Shown in pieces: positions 21,253 through 32,974 of a DNA stretch of 64,000 nt. The translations under genes were made by a program, and so were the position numbers. The DNA is from Savitreella phatthalungensis (taxonomy: Eukaryota), in the NCBI GenBank assembly GCA_051599415.1, contig AP039694.1, positions 124,001-188,000 on the forward strand, given 5' to 3'. Under the pieces are notes generated by a model. It saw nothing but the letters and a program-made list of their open reading frames with translations. It was not told the DNA's origin and made no database searches. Each line of letters starts with the position of its first letter. Position 1 is the stretch's first letter.

Positions 21253-22233
21253 TCAAGGCTGCCTGGTTGTTTTCGCCAGTGCAACGACCCCACGGCCACC
21301 AATATAGCCTGCTCCTGAGGCGACGGTCGTGCAAGCAACGACATACCCGAAGTATCTCAGCCACTCGCTTGGTGGCAAACCCAGTATTTCCTTCTTTCCG
21401 TGATCAGCCGAATTCTCAGCAGGCTCACTCGGAACAGCGTCCTCGCCAGACAGCCAGCGGGAGCCGGGCAGTTCGCCCGAGACGAGGAGAGGCGCAGCAA
21501 CGAAGCCGGCCACTAGAAGGAGCTGGAGAAAAGTGTTGATTTTCGAAAGTTGCGTTGGCTGAACCTGGGCACTCGGCAGGGACATATCCCAGTAACGAGT
21601 AAAAGTCTTTGGAGGCGGTAGCGTTGTGTATCTCCACCAGCCTGCCATGCCTAGTAGCCAGAGGTCTCGTCCAAGGATTGTCCCCGCAAGCCACACAGGC
21701 AACGCATATCCTTCGAGCGGCGACTGAGTCAAAGTGATCACCAGCGTTGCAACGAGCACTTTATCCGCCAACGGATCCAAAAGCGAGCCGAATACAGAAC
21801 CCATCCCGAATTGTCGTGCGAGCCACCCGTCCACGACGTCTGTCAAACCCGCACCGACGAGTAAGTACAGCGCAGAAAGATTGTCGCCACAGGTCAGTAA
21901 GTAGCCAATGACAGGTGTCGCAGCCAACCTTGACAGTGTCAGGATATTCGGGATGGTCAAGATCTTTTCACGCTGATCTGGCTGTGGCGTTGCCACATGC
22001 TGTTTGGCTTTCTCCGTCGGTCTTGAAGTAGTCGAAAGGACTTGTGCACGTGTATGTAAGGCTATCCGCCTGTAGCTCAGCTGTGCGAGGCCTTGAACAC
22101 CGCTGCGTGACACCTGTCGTTTGCAATTTGGACATGACACCAGCAGTTGTCTGTGAGATGCACGCGTGATAAGACCTGTGACTCGTTGAATGCGTGGTAC
22201 TAATCCAGTCCACATAGGTGTGCGTGCGAACAT
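21253..22233 (-). CDS. CRD1: Cardiolipin synthase (CDP-alcohol phosphatidyltransferase)
   Basis: ILTIPNILTLSRL, TDVVDGWLAR...GSLLDPLADK, RDLWL, PTQLSKINTFLQL. The ATG at 22233 gives an Arg-rich presequence; the ORF track starts at 22389. Confidence 0.9.
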   Translation of the reverse strand: MFARTPMWTGLVPRIQRVTGLITRASHRQLLVSCPNCKRQVSRSGVQGLAQLSYRRIALHTRAQVLSTTSRPTEKAKQHVATPQPDQREKILTIPNILTLSRLAATPVIGYLLTCGDNLSALYLLVGAGLTDVVDGWLARQFGMGSVFGSLLDPLADKVLVATLVITLTQSPLEGYALPVWLAGTILGRDLWLLGMAGWWRYTTLPPPKTFTRYWDMSLPSAQVQPTQLSKINTFLQLLLVAGFVAAPLLVSGELPGSRWLSGEDAVPSEPAENSADHGKKEILGLPPSEWLRYFGYVVACTTVASGAGYIGGRGVVALAKTTRQP

Positions 22234-22719
22234 GTCAATTTCACACTCACAGTTGATAACTTTGATGCTCGCTTCCGCGGCCCTTATGACGGCAATCGAT
22301 CGTGTATACCCGTGGACACTTGAGTAGTCAGTAACTAGCAAGGGTTCTCCACAATTGCCGTCATCTCCGCCGTTTTGATACATGTGCATGTGCAGATTCA
22401 GATGCAGATATGCACAAAGCGTTCAATTTAATGCACACCACAGCTTCTGCATTCAATGTGACAAAATATGCATAATAATCGATGATCCCAGCTGCAATTT
22501 CTGATCGACAAGTCAGATATCCAAGCAGCTGTATATATTGGCCGGATGCGCATATATATGCTGTACATATATGATCCTCATGAGCAGCATCCACTTCCAA
22601 GATCAATTACCATGGAAATAGGTAACAAGTCATGTCCATATAACCTGCAATAACAGTATAACTAAGCTACGTCAGGAACCACTTACGACAGAGTATATTG
22701 GCACTTCGACACTTCAAAA

Positions 22720-23676
22720 ATGAGTAAACGGAAAGCTGCTCAATCAGTCGACGCTCTAGTGGATGATTTCGACCTCGGTAGCGACTCACTATCGATTTCT
22801 GATGCTGGAGATGCAGTCAGTGTTGCCGATAGTGGTTCAGAATTTGCTGTGGATGACGACAGCAGTCTTGCCGGAGACACCCTAGCAAGAGGATCTCGGC
22901 AGTCAAATGGTGTCAAATCATTGGACAAGCAGAAGCTGCAATTGACGGCGGAACAGAAGCGTGCAAGGCGGAAAGCACAGAAAGACAAAAGTAAACGCCG
23001 ACGAGCGGCTCAGGAGGGTGTGGATTCTGAATGTATCTCAGCCGAGGAGAGTGTTGGATTGAGTGGTATAGCAACACTTGATCCTGCTGGTCAAGCAGAT
23101 GCTTTGGCGCGACTCATGAAGCAGGGACTTCCGACACTTTCGACTGTGGAATTGGAAGACATCAGGGTGCGAGAGAGTTTTCTCATCGATACTTCTTCGT
23201 TCACAGGTACACGCAGCCTGGACCGGATCTGCGAGTTCATCGAGCAATATACCGAGCGGGAAGACGTCTCCTCAGCGAACAAAGCTCCAGGCACACCGCA
23301 TACCTTGGTCATCTCCTCCTCTGCCCTCCGCGTCGCTGACGTTGTCCGCAAACTCCGTCCGAAGTACAAAACTGCCAAGACGGAAGTGGCCAAATTGTTT
23401 GGCAAGGAGAAGCTGGCCGATCAAGCGACATTCTTGCAAAAATACAGAACAGGTATAGCGGCCGGCGTACCTGGTAGGGTGAGGCAGCTGTTGGAGGAAG
23501 GCAGTCTGAAAAGCTCACACCTTGAGAGACTAATCCTGGATGCTTCTCATCAAGACTCGAAGAAACGGACCCTGCTGACACTCAAAGATCTAGCACCGGA
23601 TCTTGCCAAGCTCCTGTCCAAAGACGATCTCAGAGATAGGCTGGCGACGAGCAAGCTTAAGCTCGTGCTCTACTAG
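22720..23676 (+). CDS. CMS1: Cms1 / CMSS1 90S pre-ribosome factor (DEAD-like fragment)
   Basis: LSTVELED, GTPHTLVISSSALRVADVVR, VAKLFGK, GVPGRV, LILDASHQDSKKR. Confidence 0.88.
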   Translation: MSKRKAAQSVDALVDDFDLGSDSLSISDAGDAVSVADSGSEFAVDDDSSLAGDTLARGSRQSNGVKSLDKQKLQLTAEQKRARRKAQKDKSKRRRAAQEGVDSECISAEESVGLSGIATLDPAGQADALARLMKQGLPTLSTVELEDIRVRESFLIDTSSFTGTRSLDRICEFIEQYTEREDVSSANKAPGTPHTLVISSSALRVADVVRKLRPKYKTAKTEVAKLFGKEKLADQATFLQKYRTGIAAGVPGRVRQLLEEGSLKSSHLERLILDASHQDSKKRTLLTLKDLAPDLAKLLSKDDLRDRLATSKLKLVLY

Positions 23677-23765
23677 TGCATGGCTGCACTCGTGAATTAC
23701 TACTGTACAATGAATTGCACTTGCTCATGAATCGGCAACTTCACTTGACCAAAAGCGGACTGCCT

Positions 23766-24779
23766 CTAGTCGAGCCCACTAATGGTGTCCATAATAAACC
23801 GCTTTTCGTCTGCAAACTGCTCATCGTCGTCCTTGCCTTTCTGGAAGTTTCCGAGGTATTCCAGAAGCCGGTCTTTATTCTTCACAAGGATATCTCGCAC
23901 ACCTTGAGATTTGTGCGGATTCGCCACAAATACCTTGAACACCTGGAAAGCCTCGAATTGAATGTGCTGCGATCTATCCTTGAGCAGATTCATCATCAAG
24001 CGCAAATTGGCAGGATCCAAGACGTACCTATGCATGACATCAAAGTTTGACCTTTCGAGAAGGAGCTCACCCAGGAGCTTCAGAGACTGTCGTCGCCAGA
24101 CGTAATTGTCACTCTGGAGGAAGCCGAGGTAAGCTTTGAAAAATGGATCGAAATTGTCGAGCATGAAAGCAGCGGCAAGGTCACGGTGGCGAGTCAACAG
24201 ATCTCGCAAGGTGGAAAATGCGTCTGAGGCGATATCGAAGGTGTTATTCTCGACGTAGTCGAAGTATCGCCATAACTCGGCCTCCTTCGTAGTCCCGCTG
24301 GGACGCATGAGAATTCGCGCAAGCCTCTCATGCTTACAGCACTCTCTGATCATTGGGCCGGTCTGCAAGGCGACCGCAGACTGTTCGTATGCTCTCGATA
24401 ACAGCACCATTGTGTCTTCCTTCGGAGCTAAGTAATCGACTGTCACATACCGTTCCCCGATCTGTCGTCGCAAGAGGCCTGAGAAGAGACTACAGGCATC
24501 CTTACGAGCTCCAAATTCCAGCTTGCCAATTTGCCGGACAAGGAGCGTGAGCAGATCGGTCAGGTAAACCTGCTGAGCGAGCTGCGCAGTCGAGTCAGGA
24601 TCCGGAGCGACCTCAGCATCACCATAATAGATGACCTTCAGCTGAGCGAGCTGTTTCGAAACTTCTTCTAGCGCGGCCTTACGCGAGGACGCACTATCGA
24701 GCTTGACCAATTGAGCGCAGCACGTCGAGACCAGATCCGCAGGCGTCTGCGTCTTCGATCTCGCTCGGAAGAAGTTCAT
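23766..24779 (-). CDS. HYM1: Mo25 / Hym1 scaffold protein
   Basis: FDIASDAFSTL, SDNYVWRRQSLKLLGELLLER, NLRLMMNLL, QFEAFQVFKVFVANP, QFADEK. Confidence 0.95.
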   Translation of the reverse strand: MNFFRARSKTQTPADLVSTCCAQLVKLDSASSRKAALEEVSKQLAQLKVIYYGDAEVAPDPDSTAQLAQQVYLTDLLTLLVRQIGKLEFGARKDACSLFSGLLRRQIGERYVTVDYLAPKEDTMVLLSRAYEQSAVALQTGPMIRECCKHERLARILMRPSGTTKEAELWRYFDYVENNTFDIASDAFSTLRDLLTRHRDLAAAFMLDNFDPFFKAYLGFLQSDNYVWRRQSLKLLGELLLERSNFDVMHRYVLDPANLRLMMNLLKDRSQHIQFEAFQVFKVFVANPHKSQGVRDILVKNKDRLLEYLGNFQKGKDDDEQFADEKRFIMDTISGLD

Positions 24780-26274
24780 TAGAAAGTTTCAGGCGTCGAC
24801 AAAGGCACGATTGCGCGACTTTTCCTGCTGAGCGCGGACTCGTCTGGGAGATAGCTGATGTACTGAAGAGTCAGAATGCCGAATGCAGACGATTGCCGTG
24901 ACCGGAACGGTATCGTGCTGGAAAATCGACCGGCGGGACCACCTGCTTACGCTACGCTGGTATTGCTAGGCAAGAGGAAAGGATCCTTAGCAGTATCAGA
25001 ATTGGTCGGCAGTCCTAAATAATCCTGAACGCCTGATTCTGCCTTCGTTCGCGTTTGTGTCGAGCTCTTCGCCGGTCAAAGTTGGACAAATTTGCGTCAG
25101 CGTTGAGGCAGGCAAGGGTGAAAGCGGATCCGCAGAAGCGCGTGAGAGAGTGCTGAGAAACCCTGCGCGCTTTAATATGCCATGTGAACGAGATAGCGTC
25201 GTGTGGGTGAATGAATTTGATGTTTGATATGGGGGATGGGTGATGAACGACCAGCGTGTGTGTCAGTAACGCATCAGCCTTCACAAAGAGACAAAAATGC
25301 AGAATCTATCGCGAGAGCCCAACGAAGCGAATCGCTTGCCCAGACGACGTCGTAGTCTTCTTCCCTTACAATCCTTGAGGCGTGACGACCATTGTTGACC
25401 TGGCCTCTTTCAAAGCTGCAATGCCATTGAATGGCTCGTACAATGCTTGCTCCAGTTTCAGTTTCAATGCACCGAACTCCAGAGTGTATGATGATGCATA
25501 CGTGCGTACGGTTGAACAATTGCAACGCGGTCAGTAGACGCGGATTTGGTTGAATAATATTATGGTTTCCGTGGTCTGTGCATCCTTTTCATTTTACTTC
25601 GGTATCTGTGCAACCGTTCATGTTTCCAGCTAGACGATCGACCAGGATCGGTTTCAACTGAATTACATCGATGTAAATTTATACTCTGTGTGTGATGTAC
25701 ATGTACGTAGCTCAAAATGAGTCTGTATGATGTCTCGACAAAAACAAGCTGCTTGCACGGGGAAATGTGATGGCGACTGGTCTGGCTGGCTCGATCTATA
25801 GATTCTTGCTTCCCTGTGAAATTACCGTCGGGGTCTGTTCACAGTCATCTAACGATCCTTAACAACGACATGTGTGACTGCAGAGCTTCCAATGGAGTAC
25901 AGTACTCGAATCAATTGTATTGATGTGACGATGCTGCATAAGCTCTTCCACATGGCTTATTTCACCCCTCTGCTTACGACCTGGGAGATTTTCAGTTCAT
26001 CAGGTCCATCATATTGAGCGCTTTTGTAACTGGCAAAGTGATATCGTCCTTCTTCGTTCACGTGAACGGGAACGGGGGGATGTGATGAGGATATATGCGC
26101 AGTGTATATATTCGAACATATGCAAACTCACACTTTCCAATGAGATCGATCGCGTAAATCTGTGCATTGCTGTCCAGATCTACCCGTCCCTGCATTCACA
26201 GATTTCTTATTTCCTTGTGCGTTTCGATGATCGAGCTCCAGGAACTTTCCCATGACAGTTGCAGAACGTCTATG

Positions 26275-28226
26275 CAGTCACAGTCACATAGTGTTTTGTG
26301 GTACCCGCCTGCGTGATCGAGCTGACCTGATACAGAGCTCACGAGCCAGACGCAGTCGTTCCATTGCGTGCTCTCGTAAGTCGTAAGTCTTTTCTCATCA
26401 GACTCCGGCCGAGACCTGTGTTGTCCACCTACCGGGCCATCAGTGCTCTCGCCCTCGGGAACCACAAAAGACCTTTTCTGTCAAGGTCCGTGCTTCTCGG
26501 AGACTCAATTCACTGGATCTACACAGACTGTCTAGTAATCAGCTGGCCGAATATTTGTCACATCGATCCCAGGCTCAACTGCACAGGATCTATTTGTGAC
26601 ACGGTCGCTCATAGTCACAGGCAAGAAAGTCCGACCAGGTCCTTACATTGTCAAGCACGGCCCGCACAGACCTCTGCTCTATCTCAGACCTTTCAACCAA
26701 GGTCACGCAAGGATCTTCGACGTCGTGAACAGGGCAACAGCCGTCATCATATAGTGTTTGCTGCTCAACTGCTTGATTCAGCGTCTACCTCGACCTCGGA
26801 CATTAAGCACTAGATTCTTCACATTGACTGTACCATCTGTTTTCGGGACTGTTTCACGCAAACAACACAAGACAACGCTATTCTACAGTTTCCTCCCGCA
26901 TATCAGCATTCGTCGCTGAAGAATAACGACCTGCAGCAGAAGATTGACGCTGAGGCGGCCTCGGCCATATCCTTTTTAGTACATACTTGCACAGCATCGC
27001 CTCCGGAGAACTCATCCATATCGCGAGAGAGATCCTGATCAGTCGTCAGACTATCTCTTCTGTACAGCATTCCGGCACATACAACACAACACAGCATTGC
27101 ATATATCGCATAAAAGCTTCGTCTCAAACAGGCGCGCTACTCATCTTACTTTCATTTCGAAACATCGAGGAGCTCACGTTGACGTCCCACGTGCCCCTTG
27201 ACGAACGCCTCCACCCACACATATCCTGACAATCTATTTTGATCGTCTCCATCTACCTGGTCCGAAGCTCTCACAGCCTTTTGATTCGATTCAAAGTCAT
27301 CTACTTGAGGCAAGTCGCGTGTCTTTGATTCCTATCATCAAAGACTTGGCTGCTGCCTCACCACGAAACAATCCCCAAAAGAGCAACCTATACGACGCTT
27401 TGAACAGCTGGGCTATCGTGTAAGCACTCATTCACGCCAGGCTATAATAAGTCAATCCCAGTCTGAGCCTAACGAAGGGTCAAAAACGAAACAGAAAGTT
27501 CTCCAGATCCGTGCTGGACTCACCTGTCGACTCGTTATATCACTTGATTTCTCGCGTTAGAGTTCATCTGAGACTCTCTATTTGACACGACCAACGCAAG
27601 CTCATCTCGATCCACGAGTCAGTCAACCAGCTAGCTAGCCAGTCAGTCAGCCAGCCAGCCAGCCCAATCGACCAAACCGCCAGCAAATTTGCGTCCGCAT
27701 CAATAGCATTTGAGCTGGTCGTCTGTCCCCTGACTGAGTTTCTATTTACTCGTTCTATCCCTCTCACTTATTCCACGACTAGGATCATTTCACCTTCTCC
27801 CGAGCCCATTCGCATCACCAATAGGCATTACTCGGCCTTGCAAACAACACACCCTTCAGCTACAACCAGGTGTCGATCCCTTTCTCCAGTTCACTCCTGC
27901 CAATCCTTAATCCTCACTCCATCTAGTCAATATCGTTCACTGTCTGCCGACACATAAAACGATTGATCTAGCCGCCAGCATCCGTCCAAATACACCTGGC
28001 CCTTCTACAGACTGCAGGAGCAAAGTATCAACTGTACACTTCTCTGCGTTGAAGATTTGTTCCATAACAGGTCTTCCAGCTGTTTGTTAAACTCAAGCAA
28101 CAGTTCAAGTTGTACAGTCTCAAAAGCGTGTTGATCTCTCAATCGTCTCCAAAGTACAGCTGAGCTGGTGCCTCTACGCCTTCCCTTTCAATACTCTCAC
28201 AGTCCTAGACATCAAGTTTTCAAATC
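26275..28226 (+). promoter_or_regulatory. Putative very long AUG-free 5' leader of PUF3
   Basis: By manual scan there is no ATG on the + strand between 26272 and the start at 28227, while CAT is frequent. Confidence 0.65.
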
Positions 28227-30680
28227 ATGAGTACAGGACAAGGTAATTGGGGTATTTGGGGCAATGGCCATCCGGCCACACGCTCCTCATCCAACTCCCA
28301 AAACAACACGTCCAAACAGGCTTCAGCAGTGGCAGATGCTTGGCGGTCGAAGCCAACAACGACCGGCGGGAACACGGCCGTGAGCAAGCCTCATAGCACG
28401 TCTCCTGCCGACGTTAGCCGCGTTCCTAGCAACGGCGGCAGCACCGTGCCTGGCAGTGCTTTAAGCAATGCGAAAGGCGGTGATCATGCAAGCAGTACGG
28501 ACATCAATGAGGCAAGCAGTGCTGCCGACCCTTACGACGAAGTGCTCGCAGCGAACGGCAACTCTACCAGGCGTGTTGCATCGCCTGACTCTCTTCGGAC
28601 TGCCAGCCCATTCAACTACATGCTTGACCCCCGTCAGAGACAAGCTACAGCTGCACAAGCGGCTGCTCTCGGTCCTCCTGGTAAGTCACCTAACTCCTCG
28701 TTTCTCGACATCGGTAGCACGAATGCCTCGACAGCCGTCAACCCATCTGGCACCGGCAGCGTCGGCAATTCGGCCACAGAGGGTCTTGTCGCCAAAAGTG
28801 TATTTCACGGCGCGGTCGGGGATGATGGTGGTAGCTATATCGATGACTTAAGTCCGATGCGTGCCAATTCGACACCACCCTATGCAAATCAGAAGCACAT
28901 TGGGCCTGCCGCCGGTGTCGCTAGCAATGGTCCCACAGCCACTTCCTCCTTCTTCAGCCCCCAGATACAGCAACGCGGTCATTTCGATAACACAAAGTCT
29001 GGAAACGATCAAGATCTTGCTACTTCGATGCGCGGCATGTCTCTTCATGATGGTCGTTCAGGTCAGCATCACCTGCAACAAGGTGGATATGGCAGTGGCA
29101 TTTACGCCGGTGCGCCTGCGTATATGCCGCTGGCCGGCTCTCCTGATATCAGTGGCTACAATCCGGGTGCAACACCCTACTATGGGGGTAATCTCGGTCG
29201 CGTCGGTGGTGCAGCGAGTTCATATGATATGTATGGCGGCTCATACGGCGACGCGTACGAGCAGATGTACGGAGGAGCTCCGCGCACTTTCCGATCGCAG
29301 GAAGATCTTGCACGCCTTGCTCGGACTGGTGCGAACATTGGCGGTGAAGGCGGAAGCCGTTTGAGTACGCAGGTCGCATTTGATCGCCGTAGCATGTACC
29401 AACAGCAACAACAGCAGCAACAACTGCTTGTGTCTCAGCAGCATCAGAACTCCCACCAGCAGCAATTTGACTATGGGCGCATGTCCGCTGGTGGCTTTGT
29501 TCCTCCCGGAGCAGCTGGAGCCTTCAGTGGAGGTATCCACAGCCCCGTAGGTGGCGGTGGTTACTATGGTATGCAACAACGCAACCCGTACAGTACAAAC
29601 AGACGCGATGATCCGACAGCCGGTCTTCGCTCCCCACTGCTCGAAGAGTTCCGCCAGAATAAGTCGAAGCGTTATGAACTACGTGACATCATTGGACATG
29701 TCGTCGAATTTTCCGGAGATCAGCATGGCTCACGCTTCATCCAGCAGAAGCTCGAAACTGCCAACAGCGACGACAAGGAGGAGGTTTTCGAGGAACTGTT
29801 ACCCAACTGCCTTCAGCTGATGACAGATGTATTCGGCAACTATGTGATCCAAAAGTTCTTCGAGCATGGTAACCAGGTTCAGAAGACAGTGCTTGCCCAG
29901 AAAATGGAAGGTCACGTCCTTTCGCTCACCTTGCAGATGTACGGTTGCCGAGTCGTGCAGAAGGCACTCGAGCACGTCCTCGCGGAGCAACAAGCAGCCA
30001 TGGTGAAGGAGCTTGACGGCAGCGTACTTAAGTGTGTCAAGGATCAAAATGGCAATCATGTCGTCCAGAAGGCACTTGAGCGTCTCCCGGAAGACAAGCT
30101 TGGCTTTGTCATCGACGCTTTCACTGGGCAAGGCTTCATCCTAGCGACTCACACGTACGGATGCCGCGTCATCCAGCGCCTGCTTGAGCATTGCCAAACC
30201 GCGGGCAACACCGTCCTCGAAGAGCTACACAAGTACACTCAAAATCTTGTGGTCGATCAGTACGGCAATTACGTCTCACAGCACATTATCGAGCATGGCC
30301 GCCCAGCTGACAGATCTCGCGTTATCTCCGTGGTGAAAGGTCAGGTGCTGACACTATCGAAGCACAAGTTCGCGTCCAACGTGGTTGAGAAGTGCATAAC
30401 ATTTGGCACGGCGCAGGAGCGTGCTGAGTTGATCGATGAAGTACTCACATCTACGTCTGAAGGTCAATCAGCGCTCGCAGTACTCATGAAGGATCAGTAC
30501 GGGAATTACGTCCTACAGAAGATGCTTGAGCTTGCAGACCAAGGTCCCCAACGTCAAGAGCTGATTCACAAGATCCGACCGATCCTTGATTCTCTGAAGA
30601 AGTTCTCATACGGCAAGCACCTGTCTTCAATTGAGCGTCTTATTGAAGGACGCGACTCTCGCGACAGGCACTACCGTTAA
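28227..30680 (+). CDS. PUF3: Pumilio-family RNA-binding protein Puf3
   Basis: RSPLLEEFR followed by 8 Puf repeats ([78 protein letters not shown]). Low-complexity/poly-Q N-terminus. Confidence 0.95.
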   Translation: MSTGQGNWGIWGNGHPATRSSSNSQNNTSKQASAVADAWRSKPTTTGGNTAVSKPHSTSPADVSRVPSNGGSTVPGSALSNAKGGDHASSTDINEASSAADPYDEVLAANGNSTRRVASPDSLRTASPFNYMLDPRQRQATAAQAAALGPPGKSPNSSFLDIGSTNASTAVNPSGTGSVGNSATEGLVAKSVFHGAVGDDGGSYIDDLSPMRANSTPPYANQKHIGPAAGVASNGPTATSSFFSPQIQQRGHFDNTKSGNDQDLATSMRGMSLHDGRSGQHHLQQGGYGSGIYAGAPAYMPLAGSPDISGYNPGATPYYGGNLGRVGGAASSYDMYGGSYGDAYEQMYGGAPRTFRSQEDLARLARTGANIGGEGGSRLSTQVAFDRRSMYQQQQQQQQLLVSQQHQNSHQQQFDYGRMSAGGFVPPGAAGAFSGGIHSPVGGGGYYGMQQRNPYSTNRRDDPTAGLRSPLLEEFRQNKSKRYELRDIIGHVVEFSGDQHGSRFIQQKLETANSDDKEEVFEELLPNCLQLMTDVFGNYVIQKFFEHGNQVQKTVLAQKMEGHVLSLTLQMYGCRVVQKALEHVLAEQQAAMVKELDGSVLKCVKDQNGNHVVQKALERLPEDKLGFVIDAFTGQGFILATHTYGCRVIQRLLEHCQTAGNTVLEELHKYTQNLVVDQYGNYVSQHIIEHGRPADRSRVISVVKGQVLTLSKHKFASNVVEKCITFGTAQERAELIDEVLTSTSEGQSALAVLMKDQYGNYVLQKMLELADQGPQRQELIHKIRPILDSLKKFSYGKHLSSIERLIEGRDSRDRHYR

Positions 30681-30859
30681 GCATCATTCAATTATCCCAC
30701 CTATCACCTTTACAACAAGCTTGCCCGAGCAAGGACGTCTTTCGACAATTCTGCAGAACCTATCGTTTACTCATTCTCATCTGAACACTCTAAATTTGTG
30801 TCTCTCGTGCCGTCCTGTCCCGTGTGTCGCGAACATAAACCGGCCAAATGTTGCTATAC

Positions 30860-31145
30860 TCACGCGAAACACTGATCATATGTCTTTGAGTGTTTGTTCT
30901 CGGCATGCTGTTCGAGTTGGCCTCTTGAACTGGTTTGCAGGAAAGTGACAAAGCATGTCTTGCACTTGATCGATTTCGCCGCTTCATTCTATCGAGGAAA
31001 GTCTCGGTCAGTATCAATGCAGATCAATCATACCAGCGCGGTGTCGCGTGGACTCATGACTCACCTGCTTCAGCTGGGAGCCTTTCGCAGCCTTATCCTG
31101 TCCTTGCTTGTCGCGGCGCATCTGCGCCTTCGCTCCGTTGCCCAT
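30860..31145 (-). CDS. Small C2H2 zinc-finger protein, ZNF706/DUF1909-like (69 aa), two exons: 31145-31065 and 30988-30860
   Basis: Spliced translation MGNGAKAQMRRDKQGQDKAAKGSQLKQ|NEAAKSIKCKTCFVTFLQTSSRGQLEQHAENKHSKTYDQCFA*. The 76-nt phase-0 intron 31064-30989 has GTGAGT...ACTGAC...TAG. Confidence 0.9.
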
Positions 31146-31546
31146 GATCGGTACACAAGCAACAATTTGTTTGACCGAGTCTGCAAGCCTCAAAGCTTTT
31201 GAGTGTCTGCAGCACAATAGCTCCTCTTCCGACCCCCCTATCTCGAGAGCGAGGAACTTGGAATATGGATGTTGTCGTCGATTGCTACCCGTAACCTGTA
31301 GCATGACAGATCGAATGATCAGGGCAGAAATTATTCTTTTTCCCGAATCTGCCGGAAGCAAGAATTCCGGCTGATTGCCGGGCTTCAGCGATTGCCTCGA
31401 ACCAGGCATACGGAGAGATCGGTTGAGGAGCAGGAAAAATGCTAGCTTCACGTCCTTAGATCATCCAGACCCCAAGATCATTAGAATAAGTTCATACAAG
31501 ACTGTACATATATATAGGTCTGTGCAGCAGAGTGTGCTGATGCGAC

Positions 31547-32974
31547 TCAAGCTTTGCCAGCGGCCTCTGACTCATCGTGAAGTACGCTCAAGTTGATATC
31601 GGCGTCCCTGTCAAGTGACTTCCGTCTTGTCGAGACATAATTCGGATTGGCCTGCTGCCAAGCTTGAAAAGCTTCATGCTTCCTTTGCCGAGCAACGCGA
31701 CCGCGATGCGACCTCGACCCGACATGACGCTCCCATTCGGCTAGTGTCACAGCGACAAATCCTTGACATATATCGCATTCCCTGTGAATCCATTCATCTG
31801 CCGCTGTGCTCAACTCCCTCTCCAATTTTGGTTGCAGCATGTCATGCAAGTGTTTTGGCGTGTAATCTCGCGCGTCGAAAGCGTCCCGCTCACCTGCAAC
31901 GAAACTCCTGAAGTCTTGTACCGCCTGTTCCCCAATTAGCGCAACATTCTCTCGCCATTGGGACAAGTCTGTTGCATCTAACAGCACCACTTGAATCATC
32001 TCACCAGCGTTACGAGCTTGGAGAAGAAGCTTGTTACGTATCCACTTGACCTGCTTCCTTGCGTACCTGCGAGTGGCAACTTTCATATCTAAGAGTCCCC
32101 GGGCAAGGTCTTCAGGATTGTTCGTTGCGAGCCAGGGGGACAACTCTTTGTAGCCAATCGCCTGCAAAATGCCACGCTCATAATCTGAGCCCAACTTGGC
32201 ATCCGCCAACCGACAGTCCAGAGCACGAAGCTCATCCAGCATGCCAGAGCCAATCATATGCTCACAGCGCCGCTCGAGTCTCTCGTCCAAAATCTGCTGT
32301 TCGCTCCATAACCACAGGACGAGCGTCGGATAGCGGACGCTGCCTGGACCGAGACGTTGCTGCGCACGCTGGACAGCATACAATTCGCTCTGACGAGTCC
32401 CCGTAGCATAGAAAATCTCAAGCGCTCTCCGGATCTTGCGCGTATCTCGGGGATGCCAACGGTCCGCCATCGTAGGATCAACTTCTCTCAAGCGAGCGTA
32501 CAGCTCTGCTGTCGGTAGTGTAAGCCGTGGATCATCTTCGGGTAGCCGCTCGCCACCAGGGGCAGTCGTGACGCCATTATCACCGTCCTCCATACTTTCG
32601 GAGGGCAGCATGTCCTTGAACAGCAAGGATGTTGTATAGTATGCCGTGCCGCCACAAATAATAGCCCTCTTCCCGCGTTTATGGATATCCTCGACTGCAG
32701 AGACAGCAGCACGAGCATATGCTGGTACGCTATAGTCTCTTACCATAGCATCAATGACCGCAAGCATGTGGTGCGGAACCTCCTCGCGCTCGCTGACAGG
32801 CATCTGATTCGTTGTGATAGGCAGGCCCTCGTAGACTTGCAACGAGTCTGAGTTAATCACTTCGCCTGGAGGAGAAAGAGTCCTACTCAGATGTACCGCC
32901 AGGTCAGACTTACCAACACCCGTTGTACCGACAATCGAGACCACAGGCGAGCCAGAGCTCCGCGCCGAGACCAT
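31547..32974 (-). CDS. MOD5: tRNA dimethylallyltransferase (IPPT)
   Basis: GTTGVGKS P-loop, EVINSDSLQVY, VPHHML, CGGTAYY, HPRDTRKIRRALE, QAIGYKE, TRRYARKQVKW, C-terminal zinc finger (CDIC...H...H). First ATG at 32974; possible CUG-initiated extension from 33061. Confidence 0.95.
   Translation of the reverse strand: MVSARSSGSPVVSIVGTTGVGKSDLAVHLSRTLSPPGEVINSDSLQVYEGLPITTNQMPVSEREEVPHHMLAVIDAMVRDYSVPAYARAAVSAVEDIHKRGKRAIICGGTAYYTTSLLFKDMLPSESMEDGDNGVTTAPGGERLPEDDPRLTLPTAELYARLREVDPTMADRWHPRDTRKIRRALEIFYATGTRQSELYAVQRAQQRLGPGSVRYPTLVLWLWSEQQILDERLERRCEHMIGSGMLDELRALDCRLADAKLGSDYERGILQAIGYKELSPWLATNNPEDLARGLLDMKVATRRYARKQVKWIRNKLLLQARNAGEMIQVVLLDATDLSQWRENVALIGEQAVQDFRSFVAGERDAFDARDYTPKHLHDMLQPKLERELSTAADEWIHRECDICQGFVAVTLAEWERHVGSRSHRGRVARQRKHEAFQAWQQANPNYVSTRRKSLDRDADINLSVLHDESEAAGKA

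Noticed and set aside
26376..27494. Tandem GTAAGT donors (26376, 26383) and GTAAGC...CCTAAC (27420-27473) suggesting introns upstream of PUF3
   Set aside because: No convincing coding exon, and a large intron would not be expected to be AUG-free. Small UTR introns cannot be excluded without RNA data.
31014..31451. 145-aa unspliced minus-strand ORF
   Set aside because: Only its internal MGNGAK...LKQ segment is coding (exon 1 of the spliced zinc-finger gene); the rest is upstream sequence and intron.
31503..31510. TGTACATA Puf3-type element downstream of PUF3
   Set aside because: It lies about 820 nt past the PUF3 stop, beyond an intervening opposite-strand gene, and is antisense to the MOD5 3' UTR.
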